Source: Octopus sinensis
Lineage: Eukaryota
Reading direction: 5' to 3'
Length of the DNA: 64,000 nt
NCBI RefSeq assembly: GCF_006345805.1
Contig: NC_043001.1
Location: forward strand, 2,604,001-2,668,000
Shown: positions 23,966 through 37,319 of the stretch, piece after piece
Position numbering within the stretch: position 1 is the stretch's first letter
How the letters are laid out: each line of letters starts with the position of its first letter
Notes under the pieces: model-generated
What the model was told of the DNA's origin: nothing
What the model saw: the letters and a program-made list of their open reading frames with translations, nothing else
The model's database searches: none
Program-made: the position numbers and the translations under genes

Positions 23966-24099
23966 CAACCAGGAGAGGATACACCATGGAGTGATGAGAT
24001 CTTTGGGGCATTATGCAAAACCTTTCATTGTGGAGAGAAACCATTTTAACATTCCTGTTTGAATTTCTCAAAATGAAGAATTTGCAATATTCTCCATTG

Positions 24100-24260
24100 G
24101 TCCTAGATCAGTGGACTGGCAGAATTTGTGATCATTTTTCCAGCAGTTCAAATCCATCTGAGGTCAGCTTTGCCTTTCATTTGTTCTATATTGATAAAAT
24201 GAAGTACCAGCCAAGTACTGTGGATGATTTAATCAATTAATCCCACACCCCCACTGCCTT
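24100..24260 (+). mobile_element. SINE family B
   Basis: TGGCAGAATT...AGTTCAAATCCATCTGAGGTCAGCTTTGCCTTTCAT...AAGTACCAG. Confidence 0.7.
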
Positions 24261-24559
24261 GGTCCCCACATCTATCAGATTTATGTTGCCCCAGCATGGC
24301 CACAGATTTGAGCTGAAACCATGTAAGGAACATGGCTGAGATTCTTTAGAAGTGATCCTTTATATATTGGGCCAATTCCTTTAATTCTTCAGGAAATAAA
24401 CAGCAACAAATTCTACACTCAATAGATGAGCAAATTATTTACACAGAACTATTTTAGTTTAACAGAAAGAACTTTCTCTTCAATTGCTTCTGGTCAAATC
24501 TCCATTCACTTTGATGAGCAGAAAAGAAGAACCTTCTTCTGGCTGTTATCACTAATATT

Positions 24560-24800
24560 TGTGTGTGTGTGTGTGTGTGTGTGTTTGTCTTCCCTCCCTA
24601 TTGCCTGATGACCAGTGTTGGTGTGTTTACATCCCCATAACCTAGCAGTTCGGCAAAAGAGATTGATAGGTTAAATACCTGCCTTTAAAAATAAAAAACA
24701 GTACTGGAGTTGATTAGTTAGACTAAAAATTCATCAAGGCTGTGCTCCAGCATGGTCGCACTCTAATGACTGAAACATGTGAAAGATAAAAGATGAAAGA
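24560..24800 (+). mobile_element. SINE family A, 3' half
   Basis: (TG)n...GGTGTGTTTACATCCCCATAACCTAGCAGTTCGGCAAAAGAG...CTCCAGCATGGTCGC...AAAGATAAAAGA. Confidence 0.85.
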
Positions 24801-26094
24801 TACCAACTTCCAGACAAAAGAAAGATAAATATTTACATAAAACGCAGAAGAAAGAGTAAAATATCTAAGAAAGTCTTGAAAATACAATTAAGTCACTTTC
24901 AGGCTTAATTAATTAAAAGAAATTGATAATAATTATATTATTGAGTTTTTGTAGATATGGGTATGTAAAAAATAATAATAGCCTTGAAATTGTTTAAATA
25001 ATTAAAGACTGAGGGCTGTTTGTTCTTATGTAAACATACGATATCTATATATGTATGTATATGTATGTGTATATATATATGTATACACACATGCACGCAC
25101 GCACACACAAAGAAGCAGATATCAACAAAAGCAAAAAGAAAAGGTAAAAAGCAGATATATCAAAAACAAAATAGATAAATATTCAAATGAGATACACAAG
25201 AAATGGAGAAAAAACAATTAACAAAGTCTGGAGAAAAAAGAACACATTTTTGAGAAAAAGTCTTAAAAACACGTCTTAAGAACACGTCTCAAAACTTTCG
25301 GTTTGTTTTGTGTAAAGTTTATAATTGTATAGAATTGACTGTTCCTCACCAGTAGCACCAACATCAGTTTTGTATTTGGGGAAGTGGTGGGGGATGAATA
25401 AGGAAAAATAAGAATAAAAATAAACAAAATGTAGGAAAATAGAAATGGTTTAATGATGGTAATTGACAATGGATAAAATAGGTGTTGACAAATGATACAT
25501 CTAAAAAAAATGCAATCATTTACTGACCCAAGTTTCAGTCTTGTCATAACTTTGGTAAATACTGCCAGCTAATTGAATCTAAGGAATATATTAGATTCTC
25601 ACGGAATCTTAAACAGCTTTCTCATCTTTCTGATTTTATAAATTCTTACCTAAAACCTCACCATATTAATATACATTATCATTTTATTCAACATGTTAAT
25701 ACTTCATTAACATTATTATCGTTCTCGTTTTATATCTAAGTTTCTTGTCAGCATGAGTTAGAGAGGTCGTTAATGATCTCCTAGATGGGCTGGAATACTA
25801 TATCTTACAACTAAATTCCATTTCAACTTGTTTTACTCTGGTTCGATGTTCTTCCTACAATCAACCATTTTACAGAGTGTTCTTGGTGCAGTTTATCAAT
25901 GGCACCAGCAAATAAAAACTGTGATGTCTTCCATAACACTGAAAAGTTCTTCTCAACCATGTCCTTGACTGAGTACACTGGATGGACTTTTTTGTAACCA
26001 AGCACTAGAGAGGTTGTTACATCTTTGCCATAATTAAGGGCTCCTCAGATCCCTACATTTAACAAAGTGTAATGACTACATTTTATCACAGCAC

Positions 26095-26260
26095 AAACAC
26101 TCTTGGAGTGGTTGGCGTTAGGAAGGGCATCCAGCTGTAGAATCTCTGCCAGATCAAGACTGAAGCGTGGTGCAGCCATCTGGTTCGCCAGCCCTCAGTC
26201 AAATTGTCCAACCCATGCTAGCATGGAAAGCAGACGTTAAACGATGATGATGATGATGAT
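26095..26260 (+). mobile_element. RTE 3' tail copy (family C), young
   Basis: GGAGTGGTTGGCGTTAGGAAGGGCATCCAGCTGTAG...GACGTTAAAC(GAT)n. Confidence 0.9.
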
Positions 26261-26463
26261 GACAAACATTCAAGAGATGAAGAGAGAAAGAGTGAGGTAC
26301 AGCAAGAGGTTGATAAATGGTGAAAGTGAGTGATGACCCTTGATACAAAATAAGCAGAGGATAGTAAATGTAGAGGGTAGAGGTTCCTTGCTAAATATGT
26401 AAACAATTATTTAAGAAACTAGGGTACCATCTGTCACATGGAAGTCAATATTAGAAGTATATT

Positions 26464-26688
26464 TTAACCCTTTTGCATTTAAGCCAACCATATTTGGCCC
26501 AGATATTCTACCACTTTTATGTCCAAATTGGCTGGATCCGGCATCTGAAACCTATCCTACAATGTCATTCTAAAAGTATACAATCACATCTTTGACATCT
26601 CTAAGCTATGAGATAATGCGTGATTAATTCAAAATAATGTGAAATAAACTTTACATTTGAGAAAATATCTTGAATGTTAAAGGGTTAA
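26464..26688. mobile_element. piggyBac-like MITE with TTAA TSD
   Basis: TTAA|CCCTTTTGCATT ... AATGTTAAAGGG|TTAA; 217 bp; second copy at 1-219. Confidence 0.8.
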
Positions 26689-26749
26689 CCATTGTGGATA
26701 ATATCAGAAAATATGGCACACACGCAACAGAACTTAACTCTTAACAAAT

Positions 26750-26920
26750 TTCATCAGTGCTTTTTATGTGGTCTCAGTGCTGCTTCTCTTTACATGGCAC
26801 CATCACCAGTGCTTTTTATGTGGCACCAGCACCAGTGGTTTTCATGTGGCACAATCACCAGTGATTTTTATGTGAAACCATCACCAATATATTTTATGTG
26901 GCACCACCACCGGCACTTTG
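26750..26920. repeat. Roughly 25-27 bp minisatellite derived from the RTE-UTR subrepeat
   Basis: Units of about CACCAGTGCTTTTTATGTGGCACCAT, roughly 6 copies. Confidence 0.8.
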
Positions 26921-28009
26921 ACTCATACTGAACATAAATATTTGTGTTTACAAATTTGTTTTGTAAAATTCCTGATATGAAATCATGGGGGAAACAGATA
27001 TTTTGTTATACTCTGGGATGGTCAAATATTTTCCTTGCCGAATAAACACACACACACACTATATATATATTTGTTCTTCACACATTTATTATTGTTCTTA
27101 TTTTATCTCATGTCCATTGTCTGGAAATCTTTCATCACAGGTGTGTGGCAAATTTGGCAAGCCAAATTCTGTCCAACTGTCCAACCAATGTCAACAAGGA
27201 GAATGAATGTTAAACGATGATGATGATGATGATGATGATGATGAAGATTAAACGTGAAGCTGCCAGTAACAATCAAGTAAGTCCTAAAAATGGTATCAAT
27301 GCAGTTAACTACTTCCATTCCTTTAAAATGGTCCGGCATCAGTCTTTGTAACAGGTTTTGTTATTTTTTTAATTGATATTTTTGCAACCTGGAACTACAT
27401 ACAATAGAACAAACACCATAGAAACTGATTTGGTAAACAGTGCCATCCAAGTTTTATCAAAATAGCTAAGAGCTTCATAGAATTGTACAACATAAAAATG
27501 AGTAATATTTATATAGTTTGTGTTGTGTGTGTGTGTGTGTTTTGCTTTTTCTCAAATCTGTAAGTTATATTTTTGCAGAGGCGGAGGAGAAGCAGTTGTT
27601 GTTTTTCTATTGAGATAAACCTTTATATTAATAAAAGCTTATAAGAATGTGTGGAAATAAAGAATGAAATGAAATGATATGAATGTAGACATTACAAGAT
27701 ACCTGACTGACAACATGCCTCCCCCCCACACCACCACCACCATCGTGGAAAAATGAAATAAAAATAAAAAATAAAATAAGTGTAAGATAAACACAATTAA
27801 ACAAATAAATACTCTGAACAATCCATGTTAAATCTGTTCATTTCACTAATGAAAGATGTACGCAGATAAGTGTAAATCCAGATATTTTGGAAAATAAGCA
27901 ACAAACGAAAACGAAAAGAAAACAAAAAAGAAAGAAGAAAACAACAACGATGAGTTAAAAGGATAAAAATAAGGTTTATTCATTTAGCAGTTGAAGTTAA
28001 TCAAATATT

Positions 28010-28192
28010 TATACACACTTATATACATACATACTTGAATATGTATATACGTGTGTGTGTGTGTGTGTGTGTGGTGTGTGTATGTGTATATATATATGTG
28101 TGTATGTGTGTATGTATATATATGTGTGTATATATATATGCATATATATATATATATATGTATGTATGTATATATATATATATATGTATATA

Positions 28193-28249
<57 letters not shown>

Positions 28250-28254
28250 ACATA

Positions 28255-28312
<58 letters not shown>
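28010..28312. repeat. (TG)n/(TA)n microsatellite
   Basis: Directly visible. Confidence 0.95.
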
Positions 28313-29224
28313 TGAATGCAGCATGGAAAGGGTTGTATATAAAATATTGATTGTTATAAATATGTAAAGGTAGAGAAAGCGTAAGGATGTTGCGAAAACT
28401 GTTAAATGCGCACATATTATTTTCATCCTGTTTGTGTGAAAATTATTATAACAAGATTATTTGGAGAATCTTTAAAACTGCGACTTAGCAATGTAATCCT
28501 TGTCATGTTCGAAGAGAAAATAATATAATATAAATATAATGTTTATGCCGAGAAGAAAATATAACAAGAATATTATCGCACAAAGGAAGAAAAGATAACT
28601 TGAAGAATTACAGCAGTGAGTGTGTTTCAATGAATATTTCGTATAACAGCATTAAAGTGAGAAAAGCATGAAGGAAATAAGATTAAGGTAACACAAGCTA
28701 GGTCCTTCAAGATTCTAAAGGATTTCCTGTGAAATATTATTCTGTTATTAATTCAAGTTGTTCATCTTCACTTGAGGCAAACTGAACATATATTCTGTTT
28801 GATTTTTCTACACAGTAACTAAAGAATCCTCGAAAGAAACTTTTTGAGTTTTGGGTTGGAATATTTGAGATGAATTCAATCATAATGAATAGCAATAATT
28901 TCTCAGTTTTTCTGGCTGCTGCCAATCCTTGATCCGAGCCGTTGTTGTTCTATAGATAGTACAAGACAGATATAGATTTTGAGATCTATAATTCTTGACG
29001 CTAATAAGTATTGTTCCATTCTGGCTAATAGAAGGAATTAAGAAGATAAACTGATTTCCTGATTATCAATGCATAAACCTAAACTCAATTGATCCATTCT
29101 CTCTTCAGCTATCATTTTTGCATCATGCTTACGTAAGCAGGAATGTATACATGCGCACACATACACCCACACATACACACATGTCTGTATTTATAGAAGA
29201 TATCTCCCTCCTCCTCATCGTCAA

Positions 29225-29585
29225 CGTCATCACCATCATCATCATTTCATGTCAGTTTCCCATGCCAGCATTTGTTGGGACAGTTTGACAGTATCTGATA
29301 TGAGTTGGTGAACTGTTTGGTGCTCCTGTACCTGCTTTTGGCATGGTTTCTATAGCTGGGTGCTATGCCTGATGACGATCTCTCTACAGTGTGCACTGGG
29401 TACATTTTGTAGCACCAGCATTAGCGAGGTCCCTATGTGATTCTAATGACTCAAGGCCTTCTTGGCTGAATGACAGAACAAAAGAGAGGGAAATGGTTTT
29501 ACCCTATATGTAGAGAGGTTAAAGTATGCTTAGAGGAGCAGGGACAGGTTTGCTGCTGTAGAGAAGATACATGACACCCTCACAT
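29225..29585 (-). mobile_element. RTE-tail repeat with leader (C2), complete but old
   Basis: (CAT)n tail, GGCATGGTTTCTATAGCTGG core, leader GGGACAGGTTTGCTGCTGTAGAGAAGATACATGACACCC. Confidence 0.65.
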
Positions 29586-29630
29586 TCTATAAGGTTTCAG
29601 AGAGATTATTGAAGTGGAGCTGGAATGAGA

Positions 29631-29665
<35 letters not shown>

Positions 29666-30439
29666 CAATGACGACGATGACGATGATGATACTCAGACTT
29701 GATGGTACATTGAGACACTGACCATGTTGCTCATTCTGCTAAATTGAAAACAAGTCCCAGCATAATGTTGGTGTGGCCCTTTCTCCCTTCAGGGGTCACA
29801 CCATCAATCTTCTATGGGGTCAAGATTGGTAGGGATGAGATCTGCTTCCATCTATACCAGCAACCCAAGCAATTAACACAAGTACAATGCTTGGTGCCAT
29901 GTCATTCTTACTTGGGTTACCCAACGTGGGTTTTACTATAATGAGCCGTGACAGTCAACTAATGAGGAAATATTACAGCTGTGGGTCTAAGGTAATGGGT
30001 TGACTCATGAAACCCTCAGTGAAATTTATATATCACATAATAACTGATGGAGTGCACACAGAACAGTGAGTGCTACAACCATGTTTTTAGTAAGTTCTTA
30101 CAGAATGGAATGTAAAACCTGATCTCTGTCGTTATTCACCCCATTATGTGTCAGTAACCAATTTGCTTGCTGATACGTGCTTACAAGAGCTTGTACTCTT
30201 GTCATATGCATTGGTCTTATGGGAGTAGCGTTGACTGAGGAGACATACAGTGAGTTCAAAACACCAAAGTGTCTCAAAGTCCCCTTACATCAATGAATCC
30301 TTTGTGTTGTGAAGACAGATGTCATGTATTGAATGGTTAAAGCATGGCAGAGGGACAGGAACAGGAACCATGCTGTAGAGGAGAAGCATGGCTATCTGAT
30401 ATTATATAAGAAAGGAAAGAAGGTGGAAAGGTGGAAGAA

Positions 30440-30570
30440 TTGCCAGCATGCCAGGCAAAATGCTTAGCAGCATTTTGTCTGTCTTTTATTCTGAGTTCCA
30501 TTCATACTGAGGTTAGCTTTGCCTTTCATCCTTGTGGGGTCAATGAAATAAATACCAGTTCAGCAGTGGT
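30440..30570 (+). mobile_element. SINE family B
   Basis: AGCATGCCAGGCAAAATGCTTAGC...GCTTTGCCTTTCATCC...AATACCAG. Confidence 0.75.
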
Positions 30571-31227
30571 GGCAGATAAACACATCTGATCAGCTAATTC
30601 AAACATTACAATGATTACATAATTCCAAGCTCCCAGAAACAGCTGTTGAGTTAAAAAACTTATGCATTCTCCACAGAGTTTTCTGTATTCCTATTCCATG
30701 TAAAATTATTTGTCAGTATAAATATCTATGTTGCTTGTACAGATGTGTTTATCTTCTAAATATTTTCAGTTTTGTTTCTGTCTATATATCCCTATATATC
30801 TCTACCTGTGTTCGACTAGCATCTGTGCAACATCTATATTCCTCACCATGTCTGTCATCTCTTATGTCCCTGCCATAAGGCTTCACTTTCACACACACCA
30901 GCTTAATTTAATTTGTCCTTAGTCGAAAGACACCTGTTGTTAATGTCCTGTTATTTGCAAATGTATTCATTTATCATTTCTCTTTTTTTCCGTCCTTGTT
31001 TTCGTATACATTCATTGCTTTCTTCCAAGGAATCTAGTGTTCTTAGTTTAGTTTTTCTTTGGCCAGATTGGAGCAATCTCGAGCATAACCAGCCGAAAGT
31101 GCAATGATAATCTGGAACTCCACTGACGAAAGAAAATTCTGAATGACCCGTCCTTGTTTTTTCTTGTCCCATTTTTGTATCATCTGTCTGGATGTTTTGC
31201 GTTCTTGTCCCATTTTTTGTATTCTTT

Positions 31228-31259
<32 letters not shown>

Positions 31260-31472
31260 TGCTTATATCTTTACATCTCACAAGCCTAATCATGATTATC
31301 TGCATCACCTTTGTCTCCATATCAGCTCACCTGGAATTTCCTTATAGCCTCTCTTTTCTGTGGACTCAGTTCTTCATAATGATTTTGGAACGTAAGATCA
31401 AATCATTGGAGCACTACTAGGAATTTTGCTCTCTTGAGCATCTCTAGATCTCATCTGCTGACTATATACATG

Positions 31473-31503
<31 letters not shown>

Positions 31504-31546
31504 CACACACACATATATATATATATATATACATATACACACACAC

Positions 31547-32511
31547 AAAGGCTGGGCAAAGTTCAGAGAGCTCCTACTTCTGCTAGCAACAAAGGGCTTT
31601 TCTTTCAGAGTGAAAGGCAGACTGTATGGTGCCTTTATGTGAACAGATATGCTACACAGCAATGGAACATCGGCTGTGACAGCTGAGGAAATGCATAGGC
31701 ATCAAAAAAATGAAGCTCCTATACTTTGCTGGATGTGAAATGTCAGTGTGCATGTGTGACCGAGTGTAAGCATCTGCAGGAAAAAGTTAGGCATAAGAGA
31801 CATGAGATGAGGTGTGCAAGAGAGACGACTGCACTGGTATGGTCATGTGATGCATATGGAAGAGGAGGACAACTGTGTAAAAAAGTGTCATACTCTAACT
31901 GAGGAGGGAACCTGTGGTAAAGGTAGACCCAGAAAGAGATGGGACAAGGTGGTAAAGCATGATCTTCGAACTTTGGGCCTCACAGAGGCAATGACTAGTG
32001 ACAAAGACTTTTTGCATCATGTGGTAATTGAGAAGATCCATGAAGCCAAGTGAAATCATAGTTGTGGCCGATGCTGGTGTCACGTGACTGGCACCCATGT
32101 CAGTAGCACATAAAAAGCACCTTTGACGCGTTCGGCCTCACGGGGGGCAAGGCGGCCGATGCTGGTGGCACATGAAAAGCACCTTTTGAGTGTTGGGCCT
32201 CATGGAAGCAATGACAAATGACCGAGACCTTTGGCATTATACTTTGCTTGAGAAGAAGACCAATCAATTCAAGAGAAATCATCGTCATGGCAGATACTGG
32301 TATCCTGCCAATGGCACCTGTGCCAGTGACATGTAAAAGCACCCATTACACTCTCAGGATGGTTGGGATTGGGAAGGGCATCCAGCCATAGAAACCATAC
32401 CAAATCATGCTAGAGTCTGGTACAGCCTTCCAGCTTTGCCAGCCCTGGTGAAACCATCCAACCCATGCCAGCGTGGACAACAGACGTTAAATGATGATGA
32501 TAATGATGATG
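31547..32511 (+). mobile_element. 5'-truncated RTE LINE: ORF2 C-terminus plus complete 3' UTR and (GAT)n tail
   Basis: GWAKFRELL..L.TKGFS.RVKGRLY...QERRLHWYGHVMHM...GKGRPRKRWDKVVKHDLRTLGL, stop at 32051-32053. It continues directly into the family C sequence ending GACGTTAAAT(GAT)n at about 32490. Confidence 0.92.
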
Positions 32512-32989
32512 ACATGCATCTATATATGTATGCATGCATGCATGTATGTATGTATGTATGTATGTATGTATGTACGTATGTATGTATGTATGTATGTATC
32601 TACGTACATGTGTGAGATTTCAATTCCCGAAACTGAACATGTATCATTGCAATTAGTTCTAATAATTCTAATTAATTATCGAAGATATTCAACAATTGTC
32701 AGATACTTATTTCCGTTGATTATTACACAGAGAAGTTTAACATAATTACAACCTTTCAATAAGATGTCGAAAGATAATTATTGGAATATCAACGACCAAT
32801 TACTAGGGATTGAAAGATCCATCTCGTTTGCTTCACAATAATTTAGTCACTTCAATGCAATCACTTACTGTTGTGTCGTTGTTGCACTGGAGACCCATTT
32901 TGACAGACAGGGGTTCGAATCCTAGCATTGACTGTTATCTTTCATGTATGTTCAAAGGGCCTGCACATGTGTGCATATACATATGTGTA

Positions 32990-33235
32990 TTGCCTCTTCC
33001 ACCTCCTCTTCTTCATCATCATCATCATCATCATTGTCGTTCTTGTCGTCGTCATCATCCTCTTCCTCCTCACCCCTCCTCCTCCTCATCATCATCATCA
33101 GCAAACTCGCCATCCCCCTCTCCTTTCTCCTGACCCCTCCTCCTCCTCCCCTCCCCTCCTCCTCCTCATCATCATCATACCCCTCCTCCTCATCATCAAC
33201 GTCCCCCTCCCCCTCCCCCTCATCGTCATCATAAG
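32990..33235. repeat. (CAT)n/(CCT)n low-complexity tract
   Basis: Directly visible. Confidence 0.9.
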
Positions 33236-33454
33236 ACAGTTGTAAACAAGCATCACCATCATACAAACAGTGTTTTCATCATCAACCTTCCCTGAAAGCA
33301 TGTTCACTCATGGGGAAATGCTCTGCTGTTTAGAATCGGATGAAGGTTGACAACAAGAATGTCCACCCATAGACATTCTGTTGGAAGGAATTCTATCTGA
33401 CATGTGAAAGTATGGAAAATTGAATGGGATATCCACATTTAAGATGACAGTGAG

Positions 33455-33511
<57 letters not shown>

Positions 33512-33599
33512 GGAATGGAAGGGTATCTGCATGTGTGTGTGTGTGTGCGTGTGTGTCTACGTGTGTGTATACATACATACATATGTATATATGTATATG

Positions 33600-33785
33600 C
33601 AAAGACATACATAAGTACATATGGATGTGCAGAACAGGCTTTCTACAGTATCTGCCAATCAAACCAACACACAAACCTCTGCTCAACCCAAGGGGATTGT
33701 GCAAAACACTTGTGAAGGGGGCAGCAAGATGGTATTGAACCTGGAACAACATGGTTGTGAAACAAACTCCTTAACTACACAGAAA
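33600..33785 (-). mobile_element. SINE family A, 5' half
   Basis: GGTATTGAACCTGGAACAACATGGTTGTGAAACAAACTCCTTAACTACACAG, the reverse complement of the family A head. Confidence 0.65.
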
Positions 33786-34939
33786 TGCTTCTTGTTTGCC
33801 TTTTCTGGAATTTTTATATTTCCCATAAATTTACATATGGGGTCCTTTAAGTGGAATCAATTCTATTGTTGCAAGGGTTCAGTCGAAATCCTCATTTTGA
33901 GAATGATCAATATGTTGTTACTTTTAATTCTACAAAACTTACAAGTCATGGTTTCTTTCTCTCTCTCTCCAGTCTTTGAGGCTCTTTAAAACATCGTTTA
34001 AAGAAATATAGTTTATAGTAAAAGTAACAAAAGACGGACATGCTTGTATAGGTGGCCTTGTATTATATAACTCCTTTATAGAAGATGTTTTATAAATGTA
34101 ACCACAGATGCAATTGCAAAATAGATCTTTACAGCTGTTTCAAACATTCAATGATTTGTTGCAATAGTGTACATGAAACATGTTGGAGTTATTATCAACA
34201 CATAAACATGATGCATTGATATGATCAGGCTGGAAGCAGTGAAATGCTAAATTTTCCTTTTAGAAGGAAGAGAAGCAAAATGCAAATTTTATAGCAATAA
34301 ACTGATATTTAAGGACATAGAAACAAAAATTAAAGATGGGAAAAGAGGGGGATTAGTGATAATGAGAGGAAGAGGATGATAAAATAAAAGTCGTGAGTGA
34401 AAAGATACAAATAAATTGTGGAAGAAAGACAAAGGGAGACATGAATATAGAAAAAAGAAAGAATAAAAATAAAAAAGAGAAAAGTGTAGAGAAAAGATGA
34501 AGAGGCTGAAGTCAGAATTAGACTCGTTACATCAAATCACAAATCTAAGTTTGAGAAAATTAGAATAAAGAGGAAAGATGAAAGAGAATCTCGATTTTGG
34601 TCCCTATTTCGTCTTGTTTTGTTTTGTTTTTCTTTATCATGCTTAATTTGTGCTTCTGGTATCATTCTATGTCTACATTCATAAACAACTTCTAATAATG
34701 TCAGTGTTTGAAAATATCATAGAGATCAGAAAGAGTCTTGCAAAGCTATAAACTCCGCATTATGTTACATCAACCAGCCATCGCCCGTGAATGAGTCTCA
34801 CTTGATAACATGTGCCATGTTTACACTAATGTTTTTAAGTGCTTCTGTAGCTGTGAGCGTATAAAGACACTCTTGGGGTCTCTTTCCAGCAGCATGTCCA
34901 GGGTGCGACTGTTAGAAGGAGGAAAGAGACCCAACCTCT

Positions 34940-35092
34940 CACCCCCTTGGCTGGTATTCATTTTCAGTTGAGGATACTGGAGCAACATGAAATGAAGTGC
35001 CTTGCTCAGGGACACAATATACTGCTCAATTCAGGAAATAGACCCAGAACTTCATGGTTGTGAGCTGTGAACTCTAAACACTTAGCCATAAG
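34940..35092 (-). mobile_element. tRNA-CORE SINE fragment
   Basis: GAAATGAAGTGCCTTGCTCAGGGACACAA (reverse complement of CORE) plus a tRNA-like head. Confidence 0.7.
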
Positions 35093-35779
35093 TTTTCATA
35101 AAAATTCGCTACAATAAGCTATTTTCTCTAACACCTTTCATTACACACACATACACAAATTTGTTAATAGCAATCCAAGAGGGAATGACAGGAAGGGCAC
35201 CTTGTCATAAAAATCTCTTTCATAAAAACCCTTGTCCAACCCATGCTAGCATGGAATAAAATGAATGCTAAATTAATGAGTGATTGAACAAACATCATTC
35301 ATTTTTGGGGTGAGTCAATATCAGAATTATTTATCATGTCGCAGGAAGTAATAAAGTAACTTTTGACAACTTAAAAATATTCTCTGGTTTTTTAATTGGC
35401 TAAAACTGGTTCTCGATGATATAACCGCTTCAGTTTCAGTGTCTTAGATAAAGTCACTTGGTAGACAAGTACGAATTTAAAATTGTTTATATTCTTTGCT
35501 ATTCACGATAAACAATGTAAGATATTCAGACAAAACTGACAATTAAAGAAAAGAAATTTAATGGAGATATTCTGGAGAAAATTGAAAAAAATAATTTGAT
35601 TTCAGTGTTCTGTGGTAAATAGTTTTTTTTTTTTTTTTCAGGTGGTGATTTAATCTGAAACTGTGTTTTCGAAACAAATATTTTAAGCAGTTATTCTGTG
35701 GTAAAGTGTATAATCATCTAGGCCATAAACTGAACTGCAAAAAGAAAAATGAGTGCATCATTTAGTTTATACCTGCAAA

Positions 35780-35925
35780 TGCACATGACCTAGTGGTTAA
35801 GTTGATTTGTCTCATGATCCTCAGGTTGTGGGTTCAGTTTCTGGACTGGGCGGTGAGGTATGTCTTTAAGGAAAGTACTTCCTTTCATGTAACACCTGTC
35901 TATTCAGATGCAGAAACATACCAAC
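35780..35925 (+). mobile_element. tRNA-CORE SINE fragment
   Basis: GACCTAGTGGTTAAG A box, GGGTTCAGTTTC B box, degenerate CORE. Confidence 0.6.
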
Positions 35926-36465
35926 AAAGGTGGTTTGCTTTTCCACCTGTCCTGAAAGTTCTACTCTGTCAAAAGTGTCTCTGTTCCTTTGCAACTATAG
36001 AGGCACCTAAAACACCTATTGAAAGCTATTATTGCTCATGGTTGTACTTTTCTGCTTTATAGTACGATACTAGTTTATAATATTGGTAAGTCCTAATTGA
36101 GAAGACTTCTGATCAAAGGCATTATGAAAGTCATGATCATTTTATCTGCTTAATCTATAATGTATCTGCATTGATACAAACAGATTCCATAAAATATTTA
36201 ATAAATGATTGATAATCGCAGAATCATTAAAATATCTTTGAAGTTCTCCTGTTTCAATATTCTACTAATTGACCTCTGACCACACATAGTTATGTATGAT
36301 CATCAATAATAATAACAAGGAACCATAATTTCATAAAGAATTTGACCAAAAACATATTTTTGCTGTGAAAGTTGACTGATCATCATTTTGCATTCGTTAC
36401 ATCTCTAGGACAGAACAGGTGTTGCTTCTACATGTATCCAGCTACGCAATCAACCATTCATCCAT

Positions 36466-36499
<34 letters not shown>

Positions 36500-36502
<3 letters not shown>

Positions 36503-36832
36503 CATGCCGGTGACACGTAAAAGGCACCATCCGAACGTGGCAGATGCCAGCACCACCTGACTGGCGTCCGTGTTGGTGACACGTAAAAACACCAACCAAT
36601 AATGGCTGTTTGCCAGCCTCCTCTGGCACCTGTGCCGGTGGCATGTAAAAAGCACCCACTACACTCACGGAGTGGTTGGCATTAGGAAGGGAATCCAGCT
36701 GTAGAAGCACTGCCAGATCAGACTGGAGCTTGGTGCAGCCTCCTAGCTTCCCAGACGCCGGTCAAACAGTTCAACCCATGCTAGCATGGAAAACGGGCGT
36801 TAAACGATGATGATGATGATAATGATGATGAT
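36500..36832 (+). mobile_element. RTE 3' UTR copy (family C), young
   Basis: CpG-rich; GGTGACACGTAAAAGGCACC subrepeats, core and (GAT)n tail. Confidence 0.9.
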
Positions 36833-37319
36833 GATACACACACACACACAAGCACATTCCAGTCCATCCTAAATAAGCAGAGGTGCATTTGTTGATGCAC
36901 TGCTCTCACCTGTGCATCGATGCACTGAGTGGTGCTCAGCTCTTTTCTAATGCTGCTTCAACCTTCCCCCATTGTTCCATTTGAGAGAGATGTGTGACAT
37001 CAATAACTGATTCTATTTGATTCACCTGCTTTTCATCATCCTGAAACATTTTACCTTTAAAGCATAATCCAAATCTTTGTTCCCAGAATTACAGACATTT
37101 GGGACACCCACCTTATTCACAATTTCTTCCTGGCAATGGTCTGCAGAACAATTCTCAGCAACATCGGCTTCACCAGTCTGGGGAGACATGCTTAAGGTTG
37201 TGGTTAATGTTCTTTCATCTCAAGTTGTATTTTATTGTTGGTCTTTTACTTGTTTCAATCCTTAGACTGTGGCCAGGCTGGGGCATGGACTTGAAGAAAT
37301 AAGAGTCAAAAGGAATGCC

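Noticed and set aside
26750-26920. CRISPR-like repeat spacing (also at 48587-48745)
   Set aside because: Units are contiguous and degenerate with no unique spacers; the context is eukaryotic and no cas genes are present.
32860-32925. tRNA gene candidate (GGTTCGAATCC)
   Set aside because: No acceptor, D or anticodon stems; at most a SINE-head relic. All other B boxes lie within SINEs.
35627-35706. Strong acceptor (T)nCAG with a GTAAAG donor 60 nt later
   Set aside because: Stops in all three frames; poly-T tracts create such sites by chance.
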